In this document: positions 1 to 11,895 of the stretch, one piece after another | Layout of the letters: every line of letters begins with the position of its first letter | Position numbering within the stretch: position 1 is the first letter of the stretch | DNA from: Mobula hypostoma | Lineage: Eukaryota | NCBI RefSeq assembly: GCF_963921235.1 | Contig: NC_086106.1 | Span: 27,032,001 to 27,096,000, forward strand | Length of the DNA: 64,000 bases | Reading direction: 5' to 3' | The notes under the pieces: generated by a model | Seen by the model: the letters and a program-made list of their open reading frames with translations, nothing else | What the model was told of the DNA's origin: nothing | Database searches by the model: none | Translations under genes and position numbers: made by a program

Positions 1-420
1 GGACATTTACCAGGATGTTACTTGGATTGTAAAACAAGTCTTATGGGGCAAGGTTAGCAGAGCTGGGATTTTTCTCTTTGGAGCGAAAAAGGACGGGAGG
101 GAACTTGATAGAGCTCTACAAGATGATGAGAGGGTTAGAAAGGGAGGATAGCCAGTACCTGTTTCACAGGGCACGAACAGCAAACACCAGAGGACATATG
201 TACAAAAATAAAGGAGGGACGTTTAGGGGAGACATCAGGGGTAAGTTTTTCCACAAAGGGTTGTAGGTGCCTGGAATGACTTGCGAGGAATGCTGGTGGA
301 GGCTAAAACATTTGGGGTACTTGACTCTTGGACAGGCAGATGGATGAAAGAAATATAGAGGGTTACGTGGTCCTGTGGGTTGAGTACCTATTTTTTAGAA
401 ATGTTTGGGTCGGTACAACA
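1..420 (+). mobile_element. CR1-type LINE 3' end fragment
   Basis: ORF 78-266 (LIELYKMMRGLERED...RTRGH..K..GG.FRGDIRGKFF) is the C-terminal tail of CR1 ORF2 seen in other copies here, followed by an 'aagggcctgtactgtgctgt' 3' UTR like those at ~19380 and ~31170. Confidence 0.75.
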
Positions 421-708
421 TCAAGGCACGAAGGGCCTGTACTGTGCTGTAGTACTTTATTGTCTAGTGTCTAGTGAAAGGGGATAAGGAGACACGGACT
501 GTGAGGTTTAAAATAATCAGGAAGAGACGTAATTCCCGTGCTCGTAAGCAGAGAGTACGGGTAATAACAACACAAAGTACTCATAAACTGGACAATATAT
601 AAAGAAGGATTGAGTATTTGGTTTTGCTTTCATAAGCAAAATCAAATCTGACGTACTTGAATGGAGGAAATTGACAGAGCACTGACAGTTAGTTGATGGT
701 CTTTGTGA

Positions 709-927
709 ATAGAAACATAGAAACATAGAAACATAGAAAATAGGTGCAGGAGTAGGCCATTCGGCCCTTTGAGCCTGCACCGCCATTTATTATGATCGTG
801 GCTGATCATCCAACTCAGAACCCTGCACCAGCCTTCCCTCCATACCCCCTGATCCCCGTAGCCACAAGGGCCATATCTAACTCCCTCTTAAATATAGCCA
901 ATGAACCGGCCTCAACTGTTTCCTGTG
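709..927 (-). mobile_element. CR1-type LINE 3' end, inverted
   Basis: Starts with an (AGAAACAT)n tail and is the reverse complement of the 3' end of the CR1 at ~63370-63585. Confidence 0.75.
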
Positions 928-1149
928 TACTGAATACTGATTGATCGTTCAGTTGAGTTTGTGGAATTTTACGAGAGAACGTTCAAAGCAACTTGCTGGT
1001 AACTAAAACACAGCTTATATTTAAAAGAACAGTTAACATGAATGTATCAATGAAAACCGCAGCAGAGACGCAAATCAGTTGCGGTCCGGAATGAAATTGA
1101 GCGTGAAAAATTTACAACCTCTTAGCAGATTCGTGCCTGCTGAAGAAAT

Positions 1150-4100
1150 TGTGTTTCCGATTTTGTCGGGACTCAAACACATCAGAGGAATGCAATTTTA
1201 AAGGTGAAAGTTGCAGAGGTATGCAACAAGGTAAGGCATGTCGGGCAAACATAAGTAAACGGACTGCACAAGGAAGAGCAAGAGATTAAAAAGTCAAGTT
1301 TCAATTTCCAAAAGAGCACCAATCAGCCTGACTTTGTCAAAAAAGTCTAATAAAGAAAATAGTCAAGGGACGTGCAGCTTTGGGATTTACAATCTCTAAA
1401 CTAACAGGAGACAATCGATCAGGGATAAACAGAATAGAACGGTAAATCAATTAAAATTGATTGAGACACTCGCTCGGCTGCGACAGTCAGTCTTTCAAAT
1501 GAGCGTGAAAAAGAAGCTTGCAGATATTCAACGTATTGTGGAGAACAGATAGCTACTGTATGAATGACATTAGTAATGGAAAATGCAACAGTCAACAAGA
1601 CTAGCAATGTGGGTTGCTGTTGGCTGAGAGGACTACAACTTGATTAGAGATGCATCCAGCGTTTGTTTGCCAAATCCCAGCAATGTCAACTGAAAGTGAA
1701 GTAAGAAAGATACTGGATAATGCCACAACAGTCTTCAGTAGATTTTGGAAAGTTCTAGCACATCAAGAGTAAAGTAGTATCAACTGAATATTTCACACAC
1801 TAGCTATACATAGCATTTCCGTTGCTTGCAGCATCCCTAGTTTGGAGTGTAAAATCTTCTAACCAGCACTGGGTCGTGAACCAGATTACCCTCATTAATG
1901 ATCATCAATTATTCATGTCTATTCTACAGAGACAAACAGCTGAGTCAAACTGAAAACTCCTCAAACAAGGCGCATTATGTTTCAGTTCGAGGCAAATAGT
2001 CCTGGCGAGTAAATATGTTGGTGATCAAAAGCGAGTGTTTGAAAAGATTAAGGGCAGAACTGGATCACTGCCCTGGACAGTAGAGATTATGTTCTATGTC
2101 CTCTGGAGACGACACATTGAACAGTTGGGGAAATCAGAATCAATAGATAGAGAAGAAAGGACTCCAGAGAAGTCAGAAAAGCTTTCTCGATTCCCAGGCT
2201 CAATTCCTATCACCCCAAAAGGAGGAGGCCCCGAGTCTGATATTTTTTCTTGCAACAAATTTTACCTGTCAGGTAGAATTATAGTCCCACTACCCTTGAC
2301 AAGAAAGAAGATATCGCACAGGTTTAGAAAATTATCCAGAGAGATTAAACCTGCAGGATTAAATGGGGCAATTCAAACTTTACTGTGCTATGGATCTTAA
2401 TAGTTTAAATATATTGTTTGAACAAGCATTCTTTGTGTGGTTACATAATTGATTACATATTTCATAAAATTAATTGTATGAGCGGCAAAAGTCATTACGC
2501 CACCGCAGGAAAAGAGAAGGCGAAGTAGAGACGCTTTCTTTGCTCCCGTCTGTTTCCTTAGATTATTTTTGACTCAATAACAGTGAAATTAGATGTGAAT
2601 CACCGAGTGTTCCTTGGAGCCAGTTGCTATTATGAACGCCGTCTTCCACTCATCTTCCTAGCGGTCTATATAACCAGTTTGGTGAAGATCCGATCACTGG
2701 GAGTGTTTTAATGCACTATCCATCAAGTGGAGAGATTGGCATTCTTAATATTGATTTTGTAAAGTCTGCAGTAGTGAATTCATGGAGGAACACCTCAATT
2801 TATTTTCTTTTCTTATACTTAATGCCTCTTCACCGGTGCTGAGGACTGGGATTTTTGAATGCAGATATTCCGTAGCGCATCGGAGATATAATCTTCAAGG
2901 CTCGGGTGTCAGGATGGGCGAGGTATAACAGACGAAATCGGGGAGGGGTGGTTCCCAGGAGGTGTAATCGGTGAGGCAGCTGAATGCAGACTTCCATTTT
3001 ACTGAAGGCAACGGCTAAGTAAGTGTATTCCTGAGGGAATTTGATAAGGTCGTGAGATTTACCGGGTGAAGTCAAACGAAGTTGCAGGTAGATGTCTTCC
3101 CCAGCTCTTCAGTGAGCCGGATGACTAGGCGAAATGAGGGTGGTAACTCAAAATGAAATGACTTTTGGTTGAGTCGATGAGTACGAATTTGTGGACATGA
3201 CCTACTCTCCGATGCTCAACTCCACAGGTCTTTTGGGCGGTTTGACCATCCTGGACCCAACGGGAAGTACATCACGTTCCATCTATGCAGAGGGGGTAGA
3301 GATCAGCTGGATAGGGAGTTGAACTTGGACAGGGAGAGTCATTTCCAGAAAGTTGCCTGCCGCACCGAGTCCATTATGGACTTCCATACACGTAGAGCGG
3401 TCGATGTGTGGAGGATGACAGATTGAGAGAATCAGGCTTTGTTACTGGAAGGACAAAGAAGGAAACTCGACTCCAGCTGCTTGCGCCGTTTCCTGGACGA
3501 AGTGGAAGAAGGATGTGTGGGTGATCGGAGACTGCGCAGTAAGGGCAAATTATGTTACTGCACTAGTCCCTCATACCCTTGGGGGTGGGAGCTGTATGAG
3601 TCTGCGCATTAAGCGATCTCCTGTGTTACGTAACCGGCAACAATGAATATTAATCGAGACAGGTTTTATAAAACAACCAAACATTTATTAAACACGTAAA
3701 AGCGATAAGGAGAAAAAAACAAAGGAAAACTTTGGCCGGAGGTTCAACGGGTACGCTGCCTTTCATCAACTCCACTCGGCTCTGGCTCTTAAAGAGTTAA
3801 ATGCGGAAACAGTTCTTAAAGCGATACAGTCAGATGTAGTTCTTAAAGCGATAACTTCGAAAGTCCAACACTTTTACACATTCAATCGGGAGAGACTTCT
3901 CTGGAGAACGATTTCTTCACCGACGCACCTTTACTGCCGGTTCTGTCCACATGATTCCCAATGCCGAAATTAAACAGTTTAAATCGACTGACCTTAAATT
4001 ACTTTTACAGAGCGAGAGCCATTGCATGAACTCATTGCTCTATTGCAAGAGTTATCTCAATGCAGCTTCTCTACAACGAAGGCTCAATAAGGTCGATCCT

Positions 4101-5300
4101 TTATTAAACTGCCAACCGATTGCGACTTCTCTCGATCCTTCACTTCGACGAAATCTTCACTCTCCCTTCAAAACTGCCGGAATTGAGTAGATTGGCACTT
4201 CCAACCACAAATTCCCAGTTCAATAATACAAATCTTGTAAGATATCGCACTTTCTGTTTTAAAAAATGAAACTGCGTCACAAAAACAAACGCAACATAAA
4301 CGGAGGCACAACACGTTCTACGTGGAAATCTACAAACTCAAAAACCCCTACTGCGTCACCTGAGTCGACCCTTATATAGTCACGGGGCACATGTCATCAC
4401 GTGTCCTCACAACGGCGGATAAATCACAGCAGGTGACCTCCAAAAGACCATTACAGCATTCTCACAACAAAAAAACAGATCTCCTTGAGCATGTAACACC
4501 TGCTACTAACGTTGGTTCTGTACGCCCTGATGATAAGAATCCTACAGCCTGAAATATTTGTGGGAACGAAGCAAGCTTTCTGGGTGAGATTTTAGAGGGT
4601 CGTACCATCAGCAAGTTGTAAATTATGATGGCTAGAGGTTAGAAGTATTTGTGTTCGTTAGGCTTCTCACTGGTGTACAAATCGCATAGTTCCCCTGATA
4701 TAGTCTGATGCTAATAGGCGAATAGCGTTTCCCTAATCCAGTCCTAAAATTGAGGATGTCATCGAGAACCGAGCATGAAACACAGCAGGCGAAGTATACG
4801 ATATTCTAATCACTTTCTGCTTCCTTGATGGTCAAATAGCGGACGCAACTCATCAGTGTATTAGTAATATTTATTTCAAATAACGGTTTTATTTTCCCAA
4901 TTAAAAGTGGCCCCGGTGGAGTCGCGAAGTTCGCAGAGAGATTACGAGGGCTGTCTTGGTTCTGTACATGGAATGCAGAGATGGAAGGAGCTCGAAGTGT
5001 AAGATGCACCCGGACAGGAAGTTGCAATATCGTATTGCAGATCTGTTGAAGCGTTCGTGTGTTGCACCGTTGGACTCAGAGTTAGGAGGTAGAATGGCGT
5101 GGTGTTTCTGTTGCGATATGAAAGGGTGATTGAAATTACCGATCATGTGATCAATGGTTACTGCTACTTTGGGATCGTGTGCTCCTGTCGACGGTTGATT
5201 TTTTTTTTGCAGACCATATTTTATTAGGTCAACAACTGGTTCACCCATCCTGTCAGAAATGTAGAACAGGCTTCAGCTAAAAACCAGAGCAGCGGATGCG
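1150..5300 (+). pseudogene. Unidentified decayed coding-like segment (possible env/fusion-protein or viral remnant), interrupted by a solo LTR
   Basis: Not repeated elsewhere in the window. Long low-stop stretches on +: VKGRAALGFTISKLTGDNRSGINRIE from 1362, a frameshifted helical stretch, ORF 2035-2400, and ~150 codons with 2 stops at 3182-3623 continuing in frame past the LTR. No confident homology recognised. Confidence 0.3.
3624..4498 (-). mobile_element. Solo LTR (875 bp) of a Gypsy-type retrotransposon
   Basis: TGTTAC...GTAACA inverted termini; 4-bp target-site duplication CCTG at 3620-3623 and 4499-4502; AATAAA and TATATAA motifs on the minus strand give the orientation. Confidence 0.88.
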
Positions 5301-6399
5301 ACTTACGAGTACAGTAAACGCCCACGCCAATCTGAACATGACACATCCAAATATTCAATTGAAGATGGAGCTGGAGAAGAATAGTTGACTCCCGATCGTG
5401 GGCATTCTAATACGACTGACACCGGATGCTAGCATTGGCCATGGTGTCTATTGGATGCCAAATAACACGGATTTATACTTCAAAATTATAGTCGCCATCA
5501 CGAATCGCAACGGAGAGCAGTGTTTTCAATGTTGATTAACCATGGGAAAACTATATCGGTACAGGAGACAATTGAGCACGATTTTCCTGCAGAATGCTTA
5601 TCATGGGAATTAAATTACTCGGGGCCTTAAACAGAAGACGGAACCAAAAAAGGGCACATCAAATCGTGGAAGAATCTACCGCCTATCTTTCCTATTTCCC
5701 CATCGGTTCTGAAAAGTCTCCAGGATTCAGTGAAGTCTCCAAGTAAGGACATCCTGCGCAATATTCTCAAAGTTTTGATTGCTGACATTGTCTGAAAAGT
5801 GAACAACGCCTGTCTTTCTACTATCTTTTCTTACACGCTACTGCCCAACACTAGCAAATCTTCAGAATAGGATATTGCTTCCTTTCTAATTTAATTGCAA
5901 ATCGTCTGTTCTGTAAAGAACGCACTTTCCCTGGAAGAGAACCGAATAATCCAAAAATCTCGCGTACTCCCTCATAGACCAACTCCGTATGTAAGTGTAT
6001 CATTTTCCAACTTCTGTCCTCACGAGGGCGTGGCACAGGGAACAATGCTGAGATCACAGCTCTGGAGATCCTATCCTTTAGCGTAGCATCCAAATCCTTC
6101 AGATCACTGCAGAACCTGGTGAGTCTTACTATTAATCTCATTGTTACTTACGTGGGGCCACGACATCTGGGTCTTCGAACACCCATCTAAAATTCTGAAA
6201 ACTGGATTCGGGAAGTCCCTGACACTGGCACTGTGGATCAACAGTTCCGTGCTAGCAGCACTTACTGGGCAACTCAAAGCTTGTGATCACAACCATGATC
6301 CGGGCAACGTCAATATGGCGGCAAAACAGCACTACAGGAACAACATCCAGACACAACTTTTACCAGCTACGCACTCAACTTACGACAAGGTCTGTACAC

Positions 6400-8045
6400 C
6401 ATCGCAGACTCAAAGCTAAGGCAGTGGATTTTCCAACATCGCTGCCTCTCTCCCAGACGAGCTAAATCCTTATCTGCTCGATTCCCTGTTGCCAATACTG
6501 AGCCCCTGAGGAGACCAGCAGATGACGTCACCGGCAGCCTGGTCATTTCTGAGCTGAAATACGCAGGTGTTTACAACGAGTGGACGTTCGCCAGAGTCTG
6601 TGACCGGACGGCATCCCCGGGCGGGTACTCGGAATGTGCGCGGCACAACTGGCAGATGTGTTTACAGACATTTCTAATCTCTCCGTCTCCCAATGTAGTG
6701 TCCTCCTGCTTCAAAACTTCGGTCATTGTTCCTGTACCTAAATAGACCAAGTTAACAGGTCCGAACGACTGGCGGACTGTTGGACTCTCCTCAGTAACAA
6801 GCAAATGCTTTGAATGGTTGTTCAGGGACTACATCTGCGGCATGTTACAACCCACACTGGACCCCCTGCAGTTCACCTACTGACATAACCGTCCAATAGA
6901 TGACGCAATAGCCACAGCTACATACACCGTCCTTACACATCTAGAGAAGCGGGGTGCTTATGTATCAATGCTTTTCTTGGACTACAGTTCAGCCTTCAAC
7001 ACTGCAATTCCCTCCAAGCTCGACAAGAAATTTACAGACCTTGCCCTTCACCCTGCCTTGTGTATATGGATCCTGGACTTTCCGTCAGATCGCCGCAGGT
7101 GGTAAGAAAGGGCTCCCTCACCATTGCTCCTTTGACCCTGAACACAGGTGCCCCAGGTCTATGTACGAAGCCTCCTCCTTTACTCTTTGATTACCAATTA
7201 CTGTGTCCCTACCTAGATCTCCAATCTGCTAATTAAATTTGCTGAGGACACCACATGATGGACCTAATCTCATACAATAATGAGGGACCCTAAAGAGAAG
7301 AATTCACCACCCTGACACGGTGGCGCCAATAATACAACTTCTCTCCCAATGTAGCAGAACAAAAAAACAACAACAACAAAGGAGCTGGTTGTGGACTACA
7401 GGCAGAATGGACTCAGGCTAAACACTATTGACATCAAAGGAACTTTAAACGTCAAATTCTTCGGCATACACATCACTGAGGGTCTGACTTGCTCGGTACA
7501 AACCGGTTGTGTGGTGAATAAGGCAAAACAGCGCCTCTTTCACCTCAGACGGTTGAGGAAGTTTAGTATTGAACTCCAGATCCCAAGAACGCTCGACTGG
7601 AGCACAAGTGAGAGCATCCTGACTGGCTTCATCACTGCTTGGTGTTGGAACTGTCCTTCCGTCAATCGCTGAACTCCGCTGAGAGTGGTGCGCAAAACGC
7701 ATCTGTAGATGGGACCTGCCCACTATTCAGGACATTTACAAAGAGAGGTGTGTATAAAGGGCCCGAAGGATCATTAAAGACCCGAGACACACCGAGCACA
7801 AAATGTTCCAGCTGCTGCCATCCGGAATACGGGACTGCAGCATGATATCCAGGACCAACAGGCTCCGGAACAGCTTTTCTTCGCCGAGCCATCAGACGGA
7901 TTAAATCATACCGATACGATTGTATGTTTATATTATTTCGACTGTCCTTTTGTACATCGTATTTATTATATATTGTTATCAATTGCACATTGCATATTTA
8001 AATGGAAATGTACGTGAAGATATGTGCTCCTCAAATAAATGAAAG
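6400..8045 (+). mobile_element. Decayed Rex-Babar-like LINE (RT 3' half); paralog of 49735-51360
   Basis: Fragments 'DGIPGRVL', 'FLDYSSAFNT', 'KFGI...LRRLRKF', with many stops and frameshifts; co-linear with 49735-51360. Confidence 0.75.
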
Positions 8046-8974
8046 TTGCAGGTATTAAAGTCAATTCTATTCGATTTAATTCATATTTCTTCTCCCTCAC
8101 AGAAACAGACTCGATGCCTGAGTGTACACCGCTGTGATGTTTCTCTGCTACCTCATGCCCCCAGCATTATCCAAAGTAGCATATGTGTTGTTGAGGGAGA
8201 TTTCCACAGGGCACTCTGCACTGGTTGTTTAAGTCCTTTGTCTTTCTTGTCACCCACTTTCCTGCCTCATGTAACTCAGCGTGGCCTGCTGAGTTAGTGC
8301 TGCAGTTTTTGCGCATTGGGTTCAAGTATTCTGCCTGGCATATTACAGTTTCTATTGAGAAAATATAAAAAATGAAAAAAGAACAATAAATAAACTATGG
8401 GAAAATAAATTTGCCTGGTACATTTCGCATTTTCTTGCTCACACCTAACCACGCCGAAACATCGGAGCAATTCCTCACGTTCACTTTGTAACACTGTCGA
8501 CTCCACGGACGGCTTTCCGGTTTCCCCAACCTTTTTCGGATTTGTTCTTGTCAATCAATCCATATCACTTTTCAAAACACAAAAATGCCGTGAATTGGTG
8601 GGTTATGCAATAGAATTGGTGAACATGAGAGAGCTCCGTGTTATCATCTTTGCGATCTCCGACTGGCAGCAGTTTTAAACACCAAACTGCCGCGAGTAGA
8701 TGCCTTATTTTCTCAATCGGCGAACCTGTCATAGCTATGTCTTCTGACGCTTTGCATCCCCGATAAGCTCTGGTTGAAAGATCAACCAGCCCAGTTGATG
8801 CCGTGTGTACTCAATAGGCAAACTTGAGTGATCTACGTCCCGACACGCTTCGGGTGTCCGACTGGCCGCAACTGAAATACATATTTCATGAATTTCTATT
8901 TCCAACTGTTCGCATATGCGATTTTTCATTGCACTGCGTAGCCCAGATTTCACTTACACCATTTTCAATGTACG

Positions 8975-9045
8975 TATTATTTATTTATGTATTTATTTAT
9001 TTATTTATTCATTCATTCATTCATTCATTCATTCATTCATCCGTT
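8975..9045. repeat. (TTTA)n/(TTCA)n microsatellite; paralog at ~21850-21920
   Basis: Direct tandem tetranucleotide repeats. Confidence 0.85.
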
Positions 9046-10199
9046 GATTAAGTAACTACATAACTAAATTATTTATTGTTTGTTTATTTATTTGCTAAGA
9101 TTTCAGTACAGTTGGTCACGTAATACTCAAGATTATTAAAGACAAATTGGTAACTGCGGAGGTATAAGGAAATTAAAGCTCTGCAGACTACTTTCCGTGA
9201 GATCTTACGGAACCCCAGTCTAATCACAAAATCCTAGACAAATCCACGTTCAATACTACTGTAGAAGAAAACAAACCGGAGTTTTAATCTTCCTATTTGA
9301 CTGTGGCACTTTGCATTTCCACTTTTCTCTTAACCGTGAGCTTTTCCCCGCCTCACCAGTATTAAATAAATATTTTGGTTTGTTATTGTAGCTCTGCAGA
9401 GCAGTACCTCACATTCGACGTAATTTGTTGCATTTACCTTGCGGATGCGCTGAGCTTCTCTTTGTTTCCTTCTGGCCTCTTTAACCCCAGGTTCCTTCAG
9501 GTAGAACAGAGAAAATAGTGCTGTACAGCATAACTTTGAGCCTTCGGAGTGCGGGGCAAACCGATGTAAATCACTTCATGATCCTTCTAACGTTTCGCCA
9601 CACCCTGCACTTACCTTTGTCCTCCATTTATCCTATATCGTTATGGCAGCAATTCTCTCTGATATCAGTTTATCAGCCTCTACCGGCAGCAGTTGCCGCA
9701 GCGTCTAGAATTCTGTAGGAGGTTTGCATTGGAATTCTCCACGAATAATAATAATAATAAAAATAACAATAAGAATAATAATAATACGATATAACAACTC
9801 ACATCTCACTAAAACCGTCTTCCACTAAACTTACTGCAAAGCTGCTGTCTCTTGCACTGTCTTTTGCGCAGTGGATATCAACTTCATTTTATCTAAAACA
9901 GACTTTAAGATTTTCCAAAGCCCTGGACGCAAACGAAAAGATTGACATCGAATGTGAATGGAAGGGAAAGTAGGATTGCCTGGTTTACGCCTTTGTTCAA
10001 GCACACACAAACTGAAACTGTTTGGTGGCAGATTTCCTCTCATCCATACTTTCTGTGGAAGAAAAGCAGCCATGAGGGATTGGTGCATCGAAAGTCTGAA
10101 TGTGCCATCACACTCTTCCTAGGCTGAGGGAGAGTTTGTTAGCTCGTCCCGCGTACCTGCCGTCAAGATCAGAGCACAGACTGATTTCAGTCACAAAAT

Positions 10200-10541
10200 A
10201 TATGAACTGAAGCATACTTGAAAACTCGGGGCACACGTCACAACGTCAATAAAGAACAAACAACCATATATTTTTTTGGAAAAGAAGTGTCCGGTTCAAG
10301 GCGAATGAGTCAGACTCATCCATTGATAGGCCATCTCCGTCACGCGTGTTGAAAGATAGGAAGTCATGGGTGGGGCTTCCTCACTCGGTTCAAAGACACG
10401 ACACAGAATCGAAACTAACAACTGTCCCTCAGCAAACCTGTTGATAAGAGTTCACTGTCGAACTCTGAAGTACATTCTACCATAACTCTGCAGACCGTGA
10501 GCTCCATCTCCTCGTCACTTCAGCAATATTCCTTGTTGACG
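10200..10541 (+). promoter_or_regulatory. Putative V-gene promoter of cassette 1 (paralogs upstream of 23392 and 53749)
   Basis: Conserved non-coding block directly 5' of the leader ATG in all three copies. Contains GATAGGAAGTCA (GATA/ETS-like) in all copies and CRE half-site-like ACGTCA motifs in copies 1 and 3. Function inferred from position only. Confidence 0.4.
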
Positions 10542-10584
10542 ATGGGAGTCTTCTTTGTTTTCACACTCTGGCTCTGCTTACGGC
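10542..10584 (+). CDS. Cassette 1 leader exon (MGVFFVFTLWLCLR)
   Basis: ATG, 14 hydrophobic codons plus 1 nt, then GTGAGT donor (phase 1); splices in frame to 10723. Confidence 0.9.
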
Positions 10585-10722
10585 GTGAGTACCTTTCACA
10601 CATCCACATTATATTTACTTTAAATCTGTTTGAGCCCTCTGAGATGCAACTGGCTGAGATTATTCATGTGGTTCGTCTATGACTATAACTCAATTTTCTC
10701 CGTGTTTTTTTTTCATTCCTAG

Positions 10723-11016
10723 GTTCATTGAGTCAGTCGGTGACTCAGAGCCCGTCCATTGTAAACTTGAATGAGTGTCAGACTGCCACTATCACCTGCA
10801 GTTTCCAGCCTGGTTCTGTGGGTAGATATCGCTTTCAGACTGGAAAATTCTTCAGGCAGACCAACTCAGCGGCCGAACGGAAAGAAGTCACCCGCGGGGG
10901 CAGATTTGTTACTTCGTTTAAGAAAACAGACATGCAGTTTTCGTTGGAAATTCGGGACCTGCGAGTGGAAGACAGCGGCACCTATTACTGTCAAGCTGTG
11001 TACAGATGGCGTGCAA
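10723..11016 (+). CDS. Cassette 1 IgNAR-like V segment (NAR-TCR V)
   Basis: Polypyrimidine-CCTAG acceptor; QSVTQSP...TITC...FFRQTNSAAERKEVTRGGRF...DSGTYYCQAVYRW. The short FR2-to-FR3 stretch (no CDR2) resembles VNAR; extra FR1 Cys; followed by an RSS. Confidence 0.9.
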
Positions 11017-11054
11017 CACAATGATGGGATTCGGCTTCGCGCTGTACAAAAACT
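11017..11054 (+). other. RSS of V1: CACAATG - 22 bp - ACAAAAACT
   Basis: Heptamer 11017-11023, 22-nt spacer, nonamer 11046-11054 (23-class RSS). Confidence 0.92.
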
Positions 11055-11379
11055 TTCGCTGTAGCTTATTCCTGATTTAGACGGAGCAGAATGGATCTGC
11101 GGGTTTAGTTGATATTCCTGTCTCGCTGTGGATCCGTCCCACAGTCCAGCTAACAGTCATTTTTTTTTCTTATCATGTACAGTCTTTATGTTTCCACCTT
11201 GTGTGTGCGCAGATGTTGTTGCCTATCATGAGGTATGTGACGATAAATGTCCACAGGGAATTAAGAAATACGCATTCTGGTCGTCAACTACAGACGGAAT
11301 TGTTCCTGAACACTTGGAAACGGAAAATGCCAGCGCTGTGAATCTAATTCCTTCTTGACTCTTTCATCGATTCGCCAGC

Positions 11380-11451
11380 AGATTTGATATTTATGTAAGG
11401 TACTGTGTACAGTTGGGGACAAACACAGTGGAAGAGATCTGAACGAAAATA
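11380..11451 (+). other. Cassette 1 D segment (11408-11423, TACAGTTGGGGACAAA) with 12/12 RSSs
   Basis: 5': AGATTTGAT-12-TACTGTG (weak nonamer); 3': CACAGTG-12-ACGAAAATA. All three reading frames are open. Confidence 0.85.
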
Positions 11452-11798
11452 GAAGATAATAAATATATAAATAAATCGTATTTAAACGATATATTCCCCA
11501 TATCCCATACAAAAAATACAAACCTGGCGATGTTCACCGACTACTCTGTTTAGATTATTTTTCATTTCCATATTGCATATGTATTTTTGATTGACACTTA
11601 TGCTATGTTTTTTTTCTCTTCTCGGAATCGGTCTGCTGTGCGTGTTCCTGTTTTATTTTAATTTGGTCTTGCTTTCTCACAAAGAACATATCGACTTGCC
11701 GGCAAATTGGGAATATTGCATGCTATGTGCTGCATTAACAACCCTGGAAAAACTGGGAAGCCTGTTGTAGTGTTTCCTAAGCAGATTCACGTGAGTGT

Positions 11799-11895
11799 AG
11801 TTGTTGTATGGTGGAGACTGAGAACAGGATCATTGTGTATCAATGGGAGACTCATACTCTTGATGGAACAGGGACAAAGGTCACCGTCAGGTCCG
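11799..11895 (+). CDS. Cassette 1 J segment (11838-11895, YQWETHTLDGTGTKVTVRS) with 5' 23-RSS
   Basis: AGTTGTTGT-23-CATTGTG; GxGTxVTV motif; GTAAG donor at 11896 (phase 1). Confidence 0.92.

Noticed and set aside
8300-8800. Short ORFs repeated at 21249-21686 and 52155-52502
   Set aside because: Open-frame extents differ between the three copies and no domain is recognisable; consistent with duplicated non-coding or ancient repeat DNA.
11325-11345. CGCTGTG heptamer-like motif upstream of the D
   Set aside because: No nonamer at the right spacing and no partner 3' heptamer; mutated to CGCTGCG in cassette 2.
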